The notes under the pieces are model-generated. The model saw only the letters and a program-made list of their open reading frames with translations, had not been told where the DNA came from and did not search any database. A DNA stretch of 64,000 bases from Porphyridium purpureum (taxonomy: Eukaryota): NCBI GenBank assembly GCA_008690995.1, contig VRMN01000001.1:2356001-2420000 (forward strand). Direction: 5' to 3'. The number at the start of each line of letters is the position of its first letter. The first letter of the stretch is position 1. The position numbers and the translations under genes were made by a program. Below, in pieces: positions 21,570 through 32,491 of this stretch.

Positions 21570-24350
21570 TCATGAAAAGTCTAGAGATTTCAGAATTTCT
21601 TCCTCGTGCTCATCACTTGAGCTGACATCCGACTGAGCGCCTCGCTTCTGTACACGTGCTCCCACACGATCGCCCGCATTTGCACCATCCTTCAGCGACG
21701 GCTCCGGGGCACCTGATGTTTGAGTGCCCATGTCATCGACGGTGAGACCGCCTTCCATGGTTTCCCGCTCGCCGCGGTGACCGCTGCTACTGCTACTGCT
21801 ACTGCTACTGCTACTGCTGCCGCTGCCGCCGCTGCCGCCGCCGCCGCCGCCGCCGCCGCCACTGCCACTACCGCCACGAGTTCCATCTGAAACTGACGGA
21901 TTCGGGCTCGATTCCTCGTCCCTCTCTTCAGCGTTCGCCCGTCCGTCAGCAATACCGGGGATATCTAGTCGCAAAGCTTTCAACGATTCAGCACCGCCTT
22001 CCGGTCGCTGCTCGGGTGCCTTGGTTGGGCTCAAAACATTTTGGCCGAATTCTAGAAGGCGATGAAACAGGGACCCTCCTTCTGGGGCTCTAGCAGGAAC
22101 ATCCTGCGTACCTTCTTCGCCTGGACGAGGGACAGCTCCACTCGCGGCTCTAGACGTGGCTTCTCTTGAAGCCACGGGAAGGGGTTCGGGCGCTCGAGCG
22201 GTGTCCAGCCTGCCGGGCACTTCTGTCGCGGCACTGGGCGAGAAATTCTGGCGCTCTACGAGATGTCTCGCCGGCACTTGTCCAGATGCGCGGCGCTCTC
22301 CAGTGGAGACATTCACAGCAAAAGGGCCTCGCGGGTGGACCAAAGGTTGGAAGTCAAGTACCGCACGATTCGCAGCGCGGCGAACCGACTCAAGGCAAGC
22401 GGTGTTGGCCGCTTCCACCAGTGAGCGGAGAATGAGCGACGAGAGTGGGTCGGCACGCATGTACGGATCGCCAGCAATTGCCGCAGCGTGCACAAGATCC
22501 ACGCACGCGATGAATACACTCTCCTCAGAACCACTGGCACCACCTAAGCCATCCAGTCGCACCAAGGACAGCGCAGAAACAACAATAAAAAGCAAAGCGC
22601 GCTTCTCGCGCTGCACGTCCGGCATCAGAAGAGAAATGCTTTGTTGCAAAATGCTTGTCGTGAGTTGTAGTGCTAAGCGCGCCGTCGCACTGGCCGAGCG
22701 GAAATCGTCAGATGTCATGAGATCCACGCCGCTCCCTTGGACACTGCCCACTTTGTCGGAAGCAAGCTCCTCTTCCAGTTCAAACTGTTGTAGCGCATGC
22801 CGCTTGCGTTTGTTCAGCGAAGAACGGTCTGCACCACGTACGGGCAATGCAGAATGGAACGTCGCAGACAGGTGACCAATCTTGTGCCGCAGTCGCCACG
22901 CGTCGTGAAAACATTGCACATCGTGTGCACACATGCTCACGAGCAAGGGACACAGACGCTTTGCCGAGAGCGGCCCAACCGCTTCCACAAATGCCTGGCA
23001 TGTTTCATACCACAGGGACCTCAATGCGCCCCCGCCCACCACGGGCGTTTGACCACTTAAATCGGTGCTACTAATGCGTCCCCAATGCGAAACGCGCCAT
23101 AGAATCAACTCAACCCGCGTAGCGACGGGCATTAAGGCCGTTCCCAGAATGCTAATCACGCAGCTAAGCGAGCTCAGTGCCTGCTTATGCATTTCTCGGA
23201 AAATCACAAACACGTCTCGCGGATCCGTATTGTCAGTAGAATTGTTGGCGCTCGGCCCCGCACCAGCCAAATCGTCAAGAGCGATCAAGGCAGCTATTTG
23301 TTCCACTTCCTCCAGAAACCGAGTCAACTGAATCGTTATGCAAGGTGGTCTCGGCGTGCACTCTGAAACAAGCGCGCGATACAGCTGGCTGAATCTCTGA
23401 TTTTCGTGTAGTGTCAGCGCGACGGAAAACCCAGCTCGTTGCGAGGATTCAACGTCTGCTGACTCTTGTGGCCGCGGTGGAGGCGATGCCGACGGTTGTA
23501 CACGGGCATCTGCCGGTTTTGAATGGCGAGCAGAAGCCAGTGCGGAAGACGCCGCCGCAAACGGAAGCACGGCAGTTCGGATCTGTGCAAGTTTGGATAG
23601 AACCTTGTTCTCTAATGCACTAAACTTGGCCGGAGATGTCACTTGTGCGACCATGAGTTGTATCGACGCGGCGGCGACATCATCCTCTGTGTGCGTGAGC
23701 ATCCCATTAAGTGCGGCCTCCAACTGGACGTCAAACTGACGCATGACCGGCATGATGTACTTGAGCTTTAGCGCTGCACCCAATAGTGCTGCAGATCCCA
23801 AGAGGAGCGAAGCCGCGTGATTGATGACTGTGTTCGAGATCAAATCAAACGCCAGCTTGACCATGTGTAGCACATGCGGGGATACTGCCGTCTTTTTCAA
23901 TGCACCACAAGCCAGCGCGTCCGCAAGACGATCAATGAGAGCAGCGCAAACAAGAACCACAGAAACCGCGCTGCATGCTATGCCCGAACGGTAAGACGTG
24001 ACACAGACGCTCAACCTTGTGACGCTTTGGGTAGCAAGCTTTATCCACCAGTCACTGAGGGCGTCACTCCGACTTTGACGAATCGCAGCGAGCACAATAC
24101 GCAGTACATGCGCATCCAGATCGCCCGCACTGTCATTACCATGCTCGTCACGCGGAGTTCCAGACAGCCATCTTGTGGCTGCCTCGAGCAGCAAGGCCGC
24201 CGCGTGCGGCGAACAGTCGCGCAGCAAGCTCGTGCGCGAGATCGTTTCCAGCGCGCCTTGCGCGGAACCTGGTGTAACGTGATCAACTGCGCGGATGCAT
24301 TGCCGAACAATTACGTCCGCGGTGGACTCTACGTACACGTCGAGCCGCAT
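21570..24350 (-). CDS. Rix1/PELP1-like ribosome biogenesis (rixosome) protein
   Basis: Long Leu/Ala-rich alpha-solenoid ending in LDFQPLVHPRGP (compare PELP1/Rix1 L..HPR.P), followed by a disordered Pro/Gly/acidic tail. Confidence 0.6.
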   Translation of the reverse strand: MRLDVYVESTADVIVRQCIRAVDHVTPGSAQGALETISRTSLLRDCSPHAAALLLEAATRWLSGTPRDEHGNDSAGDLDAHVLRIVLAAIRQSRSDALSDWWIKLATQSVTRLSVCVTSYRSGIACSAVSVVLVCAALIDRLADALACGALKKTAVSPHVLHMVKLAFDLISNTVINHAASLLLGSAALLGAALKLKYIMPVMRQFDVQLEAALNGMLTHTEDDVAAASIQLMVAQVTSPAKFSALENKVLSKLAQIRTAVLPFAAASSALASARHSKPADARVQPSASPPPRPQESADVESSQRAGFSVALTLHENQRFSQLYRALVSECTPRPPCITIQLTRFLEEVEQIAALIALDDLAGAGPSANNSTDNTDPRDVFVIFREMHKQALSSLSCVISILGTALMPVATRVELILWRVSHWGRISSTDLSGQTPVVGGGALRSLWYETCQAFVEAVGPLSAKRLCPLLVSMCAHDVQCFHDAWRLRHKIGHLSATFHSALPVRGADRSSLNKRKRHALQQFELEEELASDKVGSVQGSGVDLMTSDDFRSASATARLALQLTTSILQQSISLLMPDVQREKRALLFIVVSALSLVRLDGLGGASGSEESVFIACVDLVHAAAIAGDPYMRADPLSSLILRSLVEAANTACLESVRRAANRAVLDFQPLVHPRGPFAVNVSTGERRASGQVPARHLVERQNFSPSAATEVPGRLDTARAPEPLPVASREATSRAASGAVPRPGEEGTQDVPARAPEGGSLFHRLLEFGQNVLSPTKAPEQRPEGGAESLKALRLDIPGIADGRANAEERDEESSPNPSVSDGTRGGSGSGGGGGGGGGSGGSGSSSSSSSSSSSSGHRGERETMEGGLTVDDMGTQTSGAPEPSLKDGANAGDRVGARVQKRGAQSDVSSSDEHEEEILKSLDFS
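21781..21876. repeat. Compound coding microsatellite (CTACTG)n/(CCG)n encoding poly-Gly/poly-Ser in the Rix1-like protein
   Basis: Read directly; translates to GGSGSGGGGGGGGGSGGSGSSSSSSSSSSSG. Confidence 0.9.
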
Positions 24351-24924
24351 CGGGGGAAAACAACGCTGCTGCGTGAAACCGCGGCATCACCCGCACCGCG
24401 GCGCGCACCATCTAACCAACGCGCCAGCCGTCCGCACTAATAAGGTACAGCGCGGCGGTACAGGGAGCCGTCATCCGCGAGGCGCGCTCATGGCGGACCG
24501 GTCTGGGCGTAAGAGCCATGCGAGCGGAACTCAGAGCAGGAAACATGTCGTCTGTCGATGGACGAGGCTCCATCAGGACGGCCAAACGTGAGCGCTCATT
24601 TTGCTCGCCGTTCAGGCAGATAGAGGTGCATCCCTTTTGCGTTCTGGAAAGCACGCTTGTATCTGGTGCAACCATTCACATACAGTAAAGCCACCTTTTT
24701 TGAGCGCGTTCCGCGTTGTCGTGTCTTTCTTTCAGGGAGAGGAACCGTGTTGGATGATTGGCTTCTTGACCCACTTCTGCGCGTCCCGGAGAGAGTGGGT
24801 GATTTGCGTCTCGAAAGAGGTGGCTCCGGGCTGTAAACGGAACCAGTCCTCCGCCCCAAATGATTTGATGATATTGGTGGCTATGCGGCCGCACGATTTA
24901 ATGAGCACAAAGATTCAGACCGCT

Positions 24925-27186
24925 TTATCGTCGCTTCTTGACCTTGAAGCCCTCCGATTCCGAGTCGACAAATGTGGTGTCCTGGAACTTAAGCCGCCTT
25001 GTCTTGGCATGCTTCGACTGCACGGGCTTTTCAAACACGCAATTTTCAAAGCGCACGCCGGACATCTTCGCAGCCTCAAACAGCGTGTCGCCCTTGAACA
25101 CGCAGTAGCTGAACACAACATTCTTCAACGTAGCGTCCGAAAAGTCCGCCTCCTCTTCAAACGTCACGTCTGTGAATCGCGTCTTGCTCAAGTAGCTGCC
25201 AACAAACTTGGCCGGTCCGCTGAACGAGATATTTGTGAAGCGTGCGCTGCTCACCTGGGTGCCAGATATGCGCAAAAGCGAGCCTTTTCCGAATACCGAG
25301 TCCACCAGATCAAACCTATCGAGCTTGCTCTTCGAGACGCGCAATTGGCCGCCCTCCACTACTTTCACACCGGAAACGCTCATTTTCGAAGCCTTGCTCT
25401 TGTCCACGGAAACCAAGCCTGCCACTTGCACAGCGCTCATCTTCACAGCTGCCAGCGTCGACTCCTCGATGGACAGTGTACCGTCAATGACGAGCTGCTC
25501 CATTGAAACGGCCTTCATCGAGCCCTTGAACGCGCGGAAAACGTCCTTGATCCAAAGCTTTTTCAGCTCTACCTTCGCAAGGGTGGGTTCGCGAAGGACG
25601 ACAGCCCCTCCAAAACCAATATCGTGAATCTGAACTCGATTCAGCTTTGGTTTCTCGAATACGGCCGACCCGCCAAAGAGAACCACGCTCGCGGTGCACT
25701 TCAACATTTTCAGGCCACCCATAAATGACGACTTGCGTATCTCGACCTGAGCAGAGAAGTCAACGAAAAAAAGAAAATCAAGAAAAGAAGACAAAGAAGG
25801 GAGAGCACAGAAGAGAGATCAAACGATAAAGATATTCGCGTTCTGTCAGATATCATTCTCGTCCAGAGCTGGCACCTACACTGCACGAACCGATGCTCTC
25901 AAGACCATGTACAAACACGTTACGGCCGGCAAGACGCGATAAAGGGCGCGAGCACCGGTGCTTTTTTCATGTTCCCAGCGGTACTTTTTTCTTGCTCAAG
26001 TAACACAGATTCGGAGTTATACCACTGGGAACGTAGCCCCGCATACCCGCAGTACGAATCTTGAGCGTGATTTGCCTTGCTGCCATACAATCAAACATGG
26101 TCATATGATGAAGCGAAAAGACAAACAAAGCAGACTAAAAAGAAGATGAGTAAGTGTGCAGCGTAAACGTACCTCATCGAAATCGGATTTAAACAGGTAC
26201 GGCTTCTCCATCGATGCACTGCCTGCCACCGCCACGTTCGAGACCTGCGAGCTTTTAACAATCAGCTTGTCCATGACAAGATCCTGAGCCACGTCGAGTC
26301 CACGTACTTCGCTACTGACCAGCTTTGGCGCTGTTAAACGCATGCTACCAGAGACGACCATGTTCACGAGCTGTGATTTGCTTAAATACATCTTGACCGC
26401 GTCTAGCGCGCCCAGTGCAGCATTGAACACGCGAGTTTGGTGCAAGTACGGCTTGAAGGCGCTGGTGCTACCCGCCACGCGAATGGAGCGGAGCACAGAC
26501 TTGTAAAAGTACGGCTTCTGAACAGTGAGAGGCCCGTAAACATCCACGTCGCTGACAAGTGAATCGTCAAAGTACGGCTTGAAAAGATCTGCGCTGCCCT
26601 TGAATATCATGCCGAGCAGCATGGTTGTCTTTGCGTACGGCTTGTACATGATCGCCGGTTCCATGAAAAATACACTGTTCATGTAAGATTTGCGCAGTGT
26701 CCAGGCTCCAAACCGCGACGTCGACACGAATGTTGCGTTGGACCACGCGCTCTTGAATCCGTACAATTTCCCTGTGGTGCCGACGCCCGCAAAGGTCGTG
26801 TTTCTGAGCGCGGTTTTCTTGTACGAAGCCCACTTCGACTGCTTCAGGGGCAGTGCGACCACGGCATTATCCACGCGCGCCTTGAAGATCTGGACAAAGG
26901 CGTTGTCCTGGATGTCGAACGGATCATAGGACTTTGAGGTCCAAATCGCGGCGGTATCGCGGGTGACGAACGCCGGGATGCCCGGTCGCGTGATCACAAT
27001 CAGCACGACGGCCATGATCATCATCAGCGCCGAGAACATGACTGCGGCGCCGAGCCCGACCATCACGAGCGGGTTCTCGAGCGTGTCGGCGGCGCTGTCC
27101 GGCACGCCCATGTCCTTGAGCTTCTTGTGGAACGCGGAGCCGCCCGCTCCCCCGCCCGCCGCTGGCGCAGCCCCGACCGTCGCCAT
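24925..27186 (-). CDS. Membrane-anchored beta-solenoid / pentapeptide-repeat protein; two exons (27186-26173, 25746-24925)
   Basis: TM segment LVMVGLGAAVMFSALMMIMAVVLIVI, then 21-22 aa repeats with recurrent KPY. The later units resemble pentapeptide repeats (FTDVTFEEEADFSDATLKNVVFSYCVFKGDTLF). Splicing joins the two track ORFs in phase 0 as ...KSDFDE|VEIRKS... Confidence 0.8.
25747..26172 (-). other. Spliceosomal GT-AG intron, 426 nt
   Basis: Donor GAG|GTACGT, long pyrimidine tract, TTGAC branch-like site and acceptor CTCAG|GTC. Removal restores the frame and the repeat pattern. Confidence 0.8.
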
Positions 27187-28208
27187 CGCGCCCGCCCGCC
27201 TTTTCCTTCGATCCACGCCACCTCACCCCACGCCACCACACCACACACCCACACGTTCCGTGCCTCCCGTCAAAGCCTTCACCTGCCCACTACCTTCTTC
27301 TCTCAGTCTCTCTGGCGCTGTACCGCAACCCCTCTCCATACCAAAGCGCGCCCGTTTTCCACATCTCACGTCAGTTGATCCATTTTCAAAGCGCGGACGC
27401 AAGTCCACCAAGCAACATCGCGGTACACTACCCATCTCCGTTTGTGTACAGTGCCGGGTGTTCTGTTATGCGCGTTAGTGTGTTCACGTAACGCTGGACA
27501 TCACGTTTGCGCGTGCCACACACGTTCGGGTTGATTGGTTGGTTGCGCGTGTGTGCGTGCGCATGTGCGGTTTGTATAGTAGATGGATAGAGAAATCGAA
27601 CCTCTACGCTCCAGCTGGATCAATCCACTCAGACCCACGATGAGCGAACACCTACCCCTCTTTCTCTCTCTCTCTTTCTTTCTCTCTACGTAAACGCACG
27701 CGTTTTGACACAATGCCGGTGCGAGTGTATGTGAGTGAGTGTGTTTTGATAGGCACGCGCAGTTTGCCCTTGGAGTACCAAGGAATAAAGGAAAAAGATA
27801 ACCACGACAAACAATGAGGGAAGAAAAAGATGGTTTAGGACTTGAAGAAGGCGGAAGGTGAGAAGGGTTGTTCGCATTCATTCGGTGTGGCGGGCAAGCG
27901 GACGACGGCGGCAGCGGCGACACACGTACTGGCAAAGAGAGAGAGAGAGAGTGTGTGTGTTTTGTGGGTTGTGTAGGTGACGAGCTGCTCGCGGGTTGGA
28001 GTCAGTGTGTGGGGTGAAGCGGAGATTCGGGTGGAGGAAAAGTGAGTGAGGTGGTGGGCGCGACGCAAAACAGGGGCAAGCGGTACGACCGCGCGCACAC
28101 AGCCCGGCGTGTGTTGTCAGGAGGCAGAGCACAGAGAGAGGTTGCGGGGGGTTCTCGGTTGGGTTTGATTTTGCGGTGTGGCGCGCGAGAGTCGCGCGGA
28201 GAGATGCC

Positions 28209-29537
28209 ATGGCGCCAAGCGTCGCAGGCACGTACCGGCGCCACAGTGGCGGCGCCGTACCGGGACGATCAAAGGCCTACTGTGTAAAGGCACCGCCGCC
28301 GGAGAACGTCCCTCCGCTCTCGATCTCGGATGATACCCTGGATCCGCCGAAACCGCAGCCGCCCGCGAGCCGGCGGCGCGTGACTGTCAAATTCACGTCC
28401 TCGTCACCGCGCGCCGCGAGCACTCCTCGTGGCCCCGTAGAGGCGGCGTCCTCGCGCAAACCATCTTGCGCATCGCTCGGTGCCGTCGGTGTTGCGACTG
28501 GGCCACTCGATACGGGGCTGCTTCAGAGTCCGGAGATTCTGACGCCGAGCTGGCGCAAGCGCAAGAGACTCAGCGAACTTTCCGCTGATTCGCCCCGCTC
28601 AAGCCCCGCTGCCTTGAGTTCGTTATCGGCATGTGGTGGCACCGACGTTGCGACACAACCGGGCAGGCAGACGCGCCGGCAATCATCATGGGAGCGCAAG
28701 AATCCTGCGGCTCAATCGCCCTCCCTTTTGCTGGAACCATCTTTGGGTTTGAATGGCCAAGGCGGACTGCGCATGGACACGTGCAGCTTGGCCGCAGGAG
28801 CAGATGATGTTGATGTATGGTTCGATGAGGAGGAACTCGCATTTCTGGAACGGCACGATGCCGGTGCGCGCGAAGAGCGGCAGCGATTGATGCCATCGTC
28901 CCTGTCACTGCCCACGCCTTCGTCCTCTCCCTCTTTGAAGCCTGGGACCTGCACAAGTAGTCTGGACACGAGTGCGAATGCGTCAATGAAGAAGCGATCC
29001 CGCACCTTTTCGGGATACAAGACCGCGGGCCCGCCACCCGAGGCTTTGGCCCTTCCACTTCCTCTCGAAGCGGCTCGGGAAGTCCAAAATATTCGCAGAA
29101 AGCACGCCTTGAACCAAGAAGCTCGCGCGGCGCACGCAAAGGAGTTTGACGAAAAGGACACAGCGCGTAGGTGGGAAGACGCTTTGCGTGATACATTCAC
29201 CCATGTCGGCAATGCCTTAGGCACTGTGCGTGCGAACGTTGTGGACTTGGAATCGAAAGATGCTCCGCTCGCGTCTTTACTAGCGCAAGCACTGGAGGAG
29301 TTGGAAAAGAGCGTGCAGCGGGTGAAGAAAAGTACCAATCGGTCTATGCAGTCCCTCATCAAACAAAACCTGGAGCAGCAGAGCCCATCGGACGATCTCT
29401 TGCAAGTCCGACACGGAATTCCGCGCTTGGAAGGCGAGCGCTTTTCGATCCCGGCCGGCTACTCGGACGGCACGAACGACGATCGTGGTGTCAGACCGCG
29501 CGTCGGTATTGGTGTGAGTCGAGCGATGCGAATTTAG
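28209..29537 (+). CDS. Largely disordered nuclear protein with PEHE-like motif (MSL1/KANSL1-like) and C-terminal coiled coil
   Basis: EILTPSWRKRKRL...DEEELAFLERHDAGAREERQR, basic NLS-like patches and coiled coil LAQALEELEKSVQRVKK. Confidence 0.65.
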   Translation: MAPSVAGTYRRHSGGAVPGRSKAYCVKAPPPENVPPLSISDDTLDPPKPQPPASRRRVTVKFTSSSPRAASTPRGPVEAASSRKPSCASLGAVGVATGPLDTGLLQSPEILTPSWRKRKRLSELSADSPRSSPAALSSLSACGGTDVATQPGRQTRRQSSWERKNPAAQSPSLLLEPSLGLNGQGGLRMDTCSLAAGADDVDVWFDEEELAFLERHDAGAREERQRLMPSSLSLPTPSSSPSLKPGTCTSSLDTSANASMKKRSRTFSGYKTAGPPPEALALPLPLEAAREVQNIRRKHALNQEARAAHAKEFDEKDTARRWEDALRDTFTHVGNALGTVRANVVDLESKDAPLASLLAQALEELEKSVQRVKKSTNRSMQSLIKQNLEQQSPSDDLLQVRHGIPRLEGERFSIPAGYSDGTNDDRGVRPRVGIGVSRAMRI

Positions 29538-29818
29538 GCTATTTCGGTGGATGCTGTAATTGTTGTACGATTTCCTTGAGTTGGGTCGCTGTTGCGTACG
29601 AGAGCGGGCTTCGCGTAGTCGTTGAATGTGTCCCGTCTCCTGGACAATGAGAAGCAAACCATGAAATATGAAAAAAGAGTGTATAAAATGATTTAAAAAA
29701 TGAAGCTTCTCGATGACGTCGGTCTCCGCGGAAAGGGGTAGAACGGCGAGGAGCATAACTTTCTTCGTGGCGTTGGCAGCAGCGAGCCTTCTCCGGTATC
29801 ACTTCCGGAGCCCTTGTC

Positions 29819-30928
29819 ATGGCAATGCACGCGACGCTCCGCGCTTTGGCCCGCTGCTCGAATCCGCGCGCTTACCATCCTACCCACGCCGGCACGCGAT
29901 TCAATAAGATTACCGAGCAGACAAGCACAAGATGGCGTCTTGAAGTGCTAGGCGTAGGTCCTGCGCCCGCGTTTTGTCGCAAGTTACAGCGTGGCTTCTG
30001 CACGATTACTGATGCGGTGGATCAAGGTGAGAGCGTAACAAGCGCTGTTCAAGATGGACTTGCGGGGGGAGATGAATGGCACGAAGAAACGGCATCCGCG
30101 CCTCCGCAGAAAACACCTGTGCTCTTGTCAGATCTCCCAAAGGAACTTGTGGACAAGTATGTGCATAAGCTGGGCTCGTGGCGAACCACTTTCAGGACTC
30201 CCGTTTATACGCTGCCATACCTTGAGGCTCCGGATGAGGAGATTGCAACCATGGACAAAGACATGATACGAGTGCTGCTCAAAGCATATGGCGAGCGCGT
30301 GTGGGTGCCCATGAAAGGATACATTAAGCCAAAAGGAAAGCAATCGAGGATTGAAAAGAACAAAAAGCTGCTCAACGAGCAAAAGGAGCAATGGCCAGAA
30401 ATCTGGCGCAGGCGTCTGCGAATCAGTACACAGATCACCAACAAGCAGCAGGTAAAGCGCGGCACAGTGGTCAGTAACAAAATGGATCGGACTGTCAATG
30501 TGGCCGTGCGCGTGGTTAAGTATGTGCCAAAGTTTAACAAGCACTATTTCAAGCACCACAAATTCTTTGCGCATGATGAGTACAATCTATGTCGCGAAGG
30601 AGACGAAGTCGCCATCAAGCAGCTCAAGACAGGCAATTTGACAGAGCGGAAAAACTGGGTGATCATAGAGAATTATGGTAGCCGCGTGTTGAAGAAAGAT
30701 CCGCGAAAGGAACTTCTCCTTGCGTACATCGAGCAGCGCTTACTCATCGAAAGGCTCGAAAGAGAGACGAAGCGTAAGATCCGGCCGTATCCCAAAATAT
30801 CCCGGCAGGAGCAGCTCAAGGCCGAACTCGACGCTGCAGTTGCTATGCGTGACCTGAGCATCACAATACCACCGATCCCGGGTCAAGAAAGCGCAGATAG
30901 CCAATCGCAGGATAGCGGGTCGATCTAA
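29819..30928 (+). CDS. MRPS17: Mitochondrial ribosomal protein uS17m with long N- and C-terminal extensions
   Basis: GTVVSNKMDRTVNVAV...KFFAHDEYNLCREGDEVAI...RKNW S17 signature and an Arg/Ala-rich presequence. Confidence 0.8.
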   Translation: MAMHATLRALARCSNPRAYHPTHAGTRFNKITEQTSTRWRLEVLGVGPAPAFCRKLQRGFCTITDAVDQGESVTSAVQDGLAGGDEWHEETASAPPQKTPVLLSDLPKELVDKYVHKLGSWRTTFRTPVYTLPYLEAPDEEIATMDKDMIRVLLKAYGERVWVPMKGYIKPKGKQSRIEKNKKLLNEQKEQWPEIWRRRLRISTQITNKQQVKRGTVVSNKMDRTVNVAVRVVKYVPKFNKHYFKHHKFFAHDEYNLCREGDEVAIKQLKTGNLTERKNWVIIENYGSRVLKKDPRKELLLAYIEQRLLIERLERETKRKIRPYPKISRQEQLKAELDAAVAMRDLSITIPPIPGQESADSQSQDSGSI

Positions 30929-31089
30929 GCTGGCAAGGCGGTACGTCAAATAAAGCGTTTCCAAGACTGCGCGGGCGGAGGCGGCCTCGCCAGCTGCGGC
31001 GTAACCAATCGTCATCCTCTGTCGAAAGTTCGTGTGAAAACTACTTTGCCAGTTGGCCAGCAAGAAGGTGAGAGATCGATGACGTCTCG

Positions 31090-32235
31090 ATGCTGCATGT
31101 TAGCGCGATCAACTGGGGGGTTAGAATGGCCCGTCCAGCGGCAGCCAGTCGAAGTCGGCGCGAGCACAGGCCGCCCGGAATACCATCGGTAGCATCGAAG
31201 CGGCGCGGGACAGCTCCCATCTTTTCGTCCTCGCTTGGTATTGGGGTAACCGCGGCCGCTGCGGCAGTGCTGCTGGCTGGGGCATGTCGAACGTTTTATT
31301 GGCCTCGCTCGGTGAGCCACGGATCATTAACTGCCGTGTCTTCTTCAGCGTCGCAATCACCCTCGCCATCGCCGCCCGCGGGGGAGGAACATCAAGCGAC
31401 CCTTGGCGTGCTGAATGCGCCCGTCTACTCGTATCAGTTACATGACACCCACGTTCATGACACGGACTCGTTCACACAAGGATTGCTGAGCATTGGACGT
31501 GGCCAGTTCCTGGAATCGTCAGGAGGTTTTGGCGACAGCACGATACGCAGGTTCACACTCGGTCAGAGGAAGGCAGACCAGAAGGAGCTTCTACCCGGAA
31601 CGCTTTTCGGCGAGGGAATCGAAATCGTGGGAGACAAACTGTACCAAATTACGTGGCTGAGCGAGCAAGGTCTGATCTATGACGCCGCGACCCTCCAGCT
31701 CACCGGTGAATGGAAATACAAAGGGGCTGGATGGGGGCTTGCGTACGTGCCGGAGCTGGGTACCTTGTTCATGAGCAACGGCACGTCACTTCTGACTCGA
31801 TTTGATCCGCAATCACTGGAGCCTCTCGCCAGCAATCCGCATGTGCGTGTCTTCGACGGCCCGAATGAGATCCATCTGCTGAATGACATGCAGTATGTCC
31901 GCGGAGAACTGTGGGCAAACATTTTCGGGTCCATGCTGGTAGCGAGAATCGACCCCGCAACTGGCAAAGTGAACAGCTGGGTCGACTTTACTGGTATTCT
32001 TCGACAGGAGCACATGGTCGGTCATGAGAATGTGAAACTGGACGTGTTCAACGGCATTGCGTTCGACGACGCCACCGGGCACGCGTTTGTCACGGGCAAG
32101 CGATGGCCTGTGCTTTTCGAAGTGAGCGTGCGCAACGATCACCCGTACAGCAAATCGCGCAAACAGCAGCTCCAGCCTTTCTTCCTGTACCCCGAGCGGC
32201 TCGCGCGCGTGCAACGCGCAGTCGGCACCGCCTGA
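31090..32235 (+). CDS. Glutaminyl-peptide cyclotransferase, plant/bacterial beta-propeller type, N-terminally anchored
   Basis: HDTDSFTQGL, FLESSG, FGEGI, LYQITW, GWGL, MSNGTS, LNDMQYVRGELWANI, VFNGIAFD and VTGKRWP. The start may be 31126. Confidence 0.92.
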   Translation: MLHVSAINWGVRMARPAAASRSRREHRPPGIPSVASKRRGTAPIFSSSLGIGVTAAAAAVLLAGACRTFYWPRSVSHGSLTAVSSSASQSPSPSPPAGEEHQATLGVLNAPVYSYQLHDTHVHDTDSFTQGLLSIGRGQFLESSGGFGDSTIRRFTLGQRKADQKELLPGTLFGEGIEIVGDKLYQITWLSEQGLIYDAATLQLTGEWKYKGAGWGLAYVPELGTLFMSNGTSLLTRFDPQSLEPLASNPHVRVFDGPNEIHLLNDMQYVRGELWANIFGSMLVARIDPATGKVNSWVDFTGILRQEHMVGHENVKLDVFNGIAFDDATGHAFVTGKRWPVLFEVSVRNDHPYSKSRKQQLQPFFLYPERLARVQRAVGTA

Positions 32236-32491
32236 ACAGTTGCCGTGCGCAAGACGAAGTGCGGGGCGTATCACGCCTCGCATGGCTCCTCACACTTCCG
32301 CACAACTATCACTGTACTTAGTGTACGCCACCTAAAGAGGTACACTCAGATTATGGTACAGTGAAGTTCAAGCGGGTGTGCAGTTTGTCGAGCCTAGTTT
32401 GATGAGGTCGGCCGCGAGAACGGGCTTTGATGCGACAGCAGTGGAAACAGGGACGGGACAGCGGGTCGAGGAAAGATTGGAGGGGGGGTTC

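Noticed and set aside
24601..25506. 301-aa plus-strand ORF
   Set aside because: Antisense to exon 2 of the beta-solenoid gene; no independent motifs
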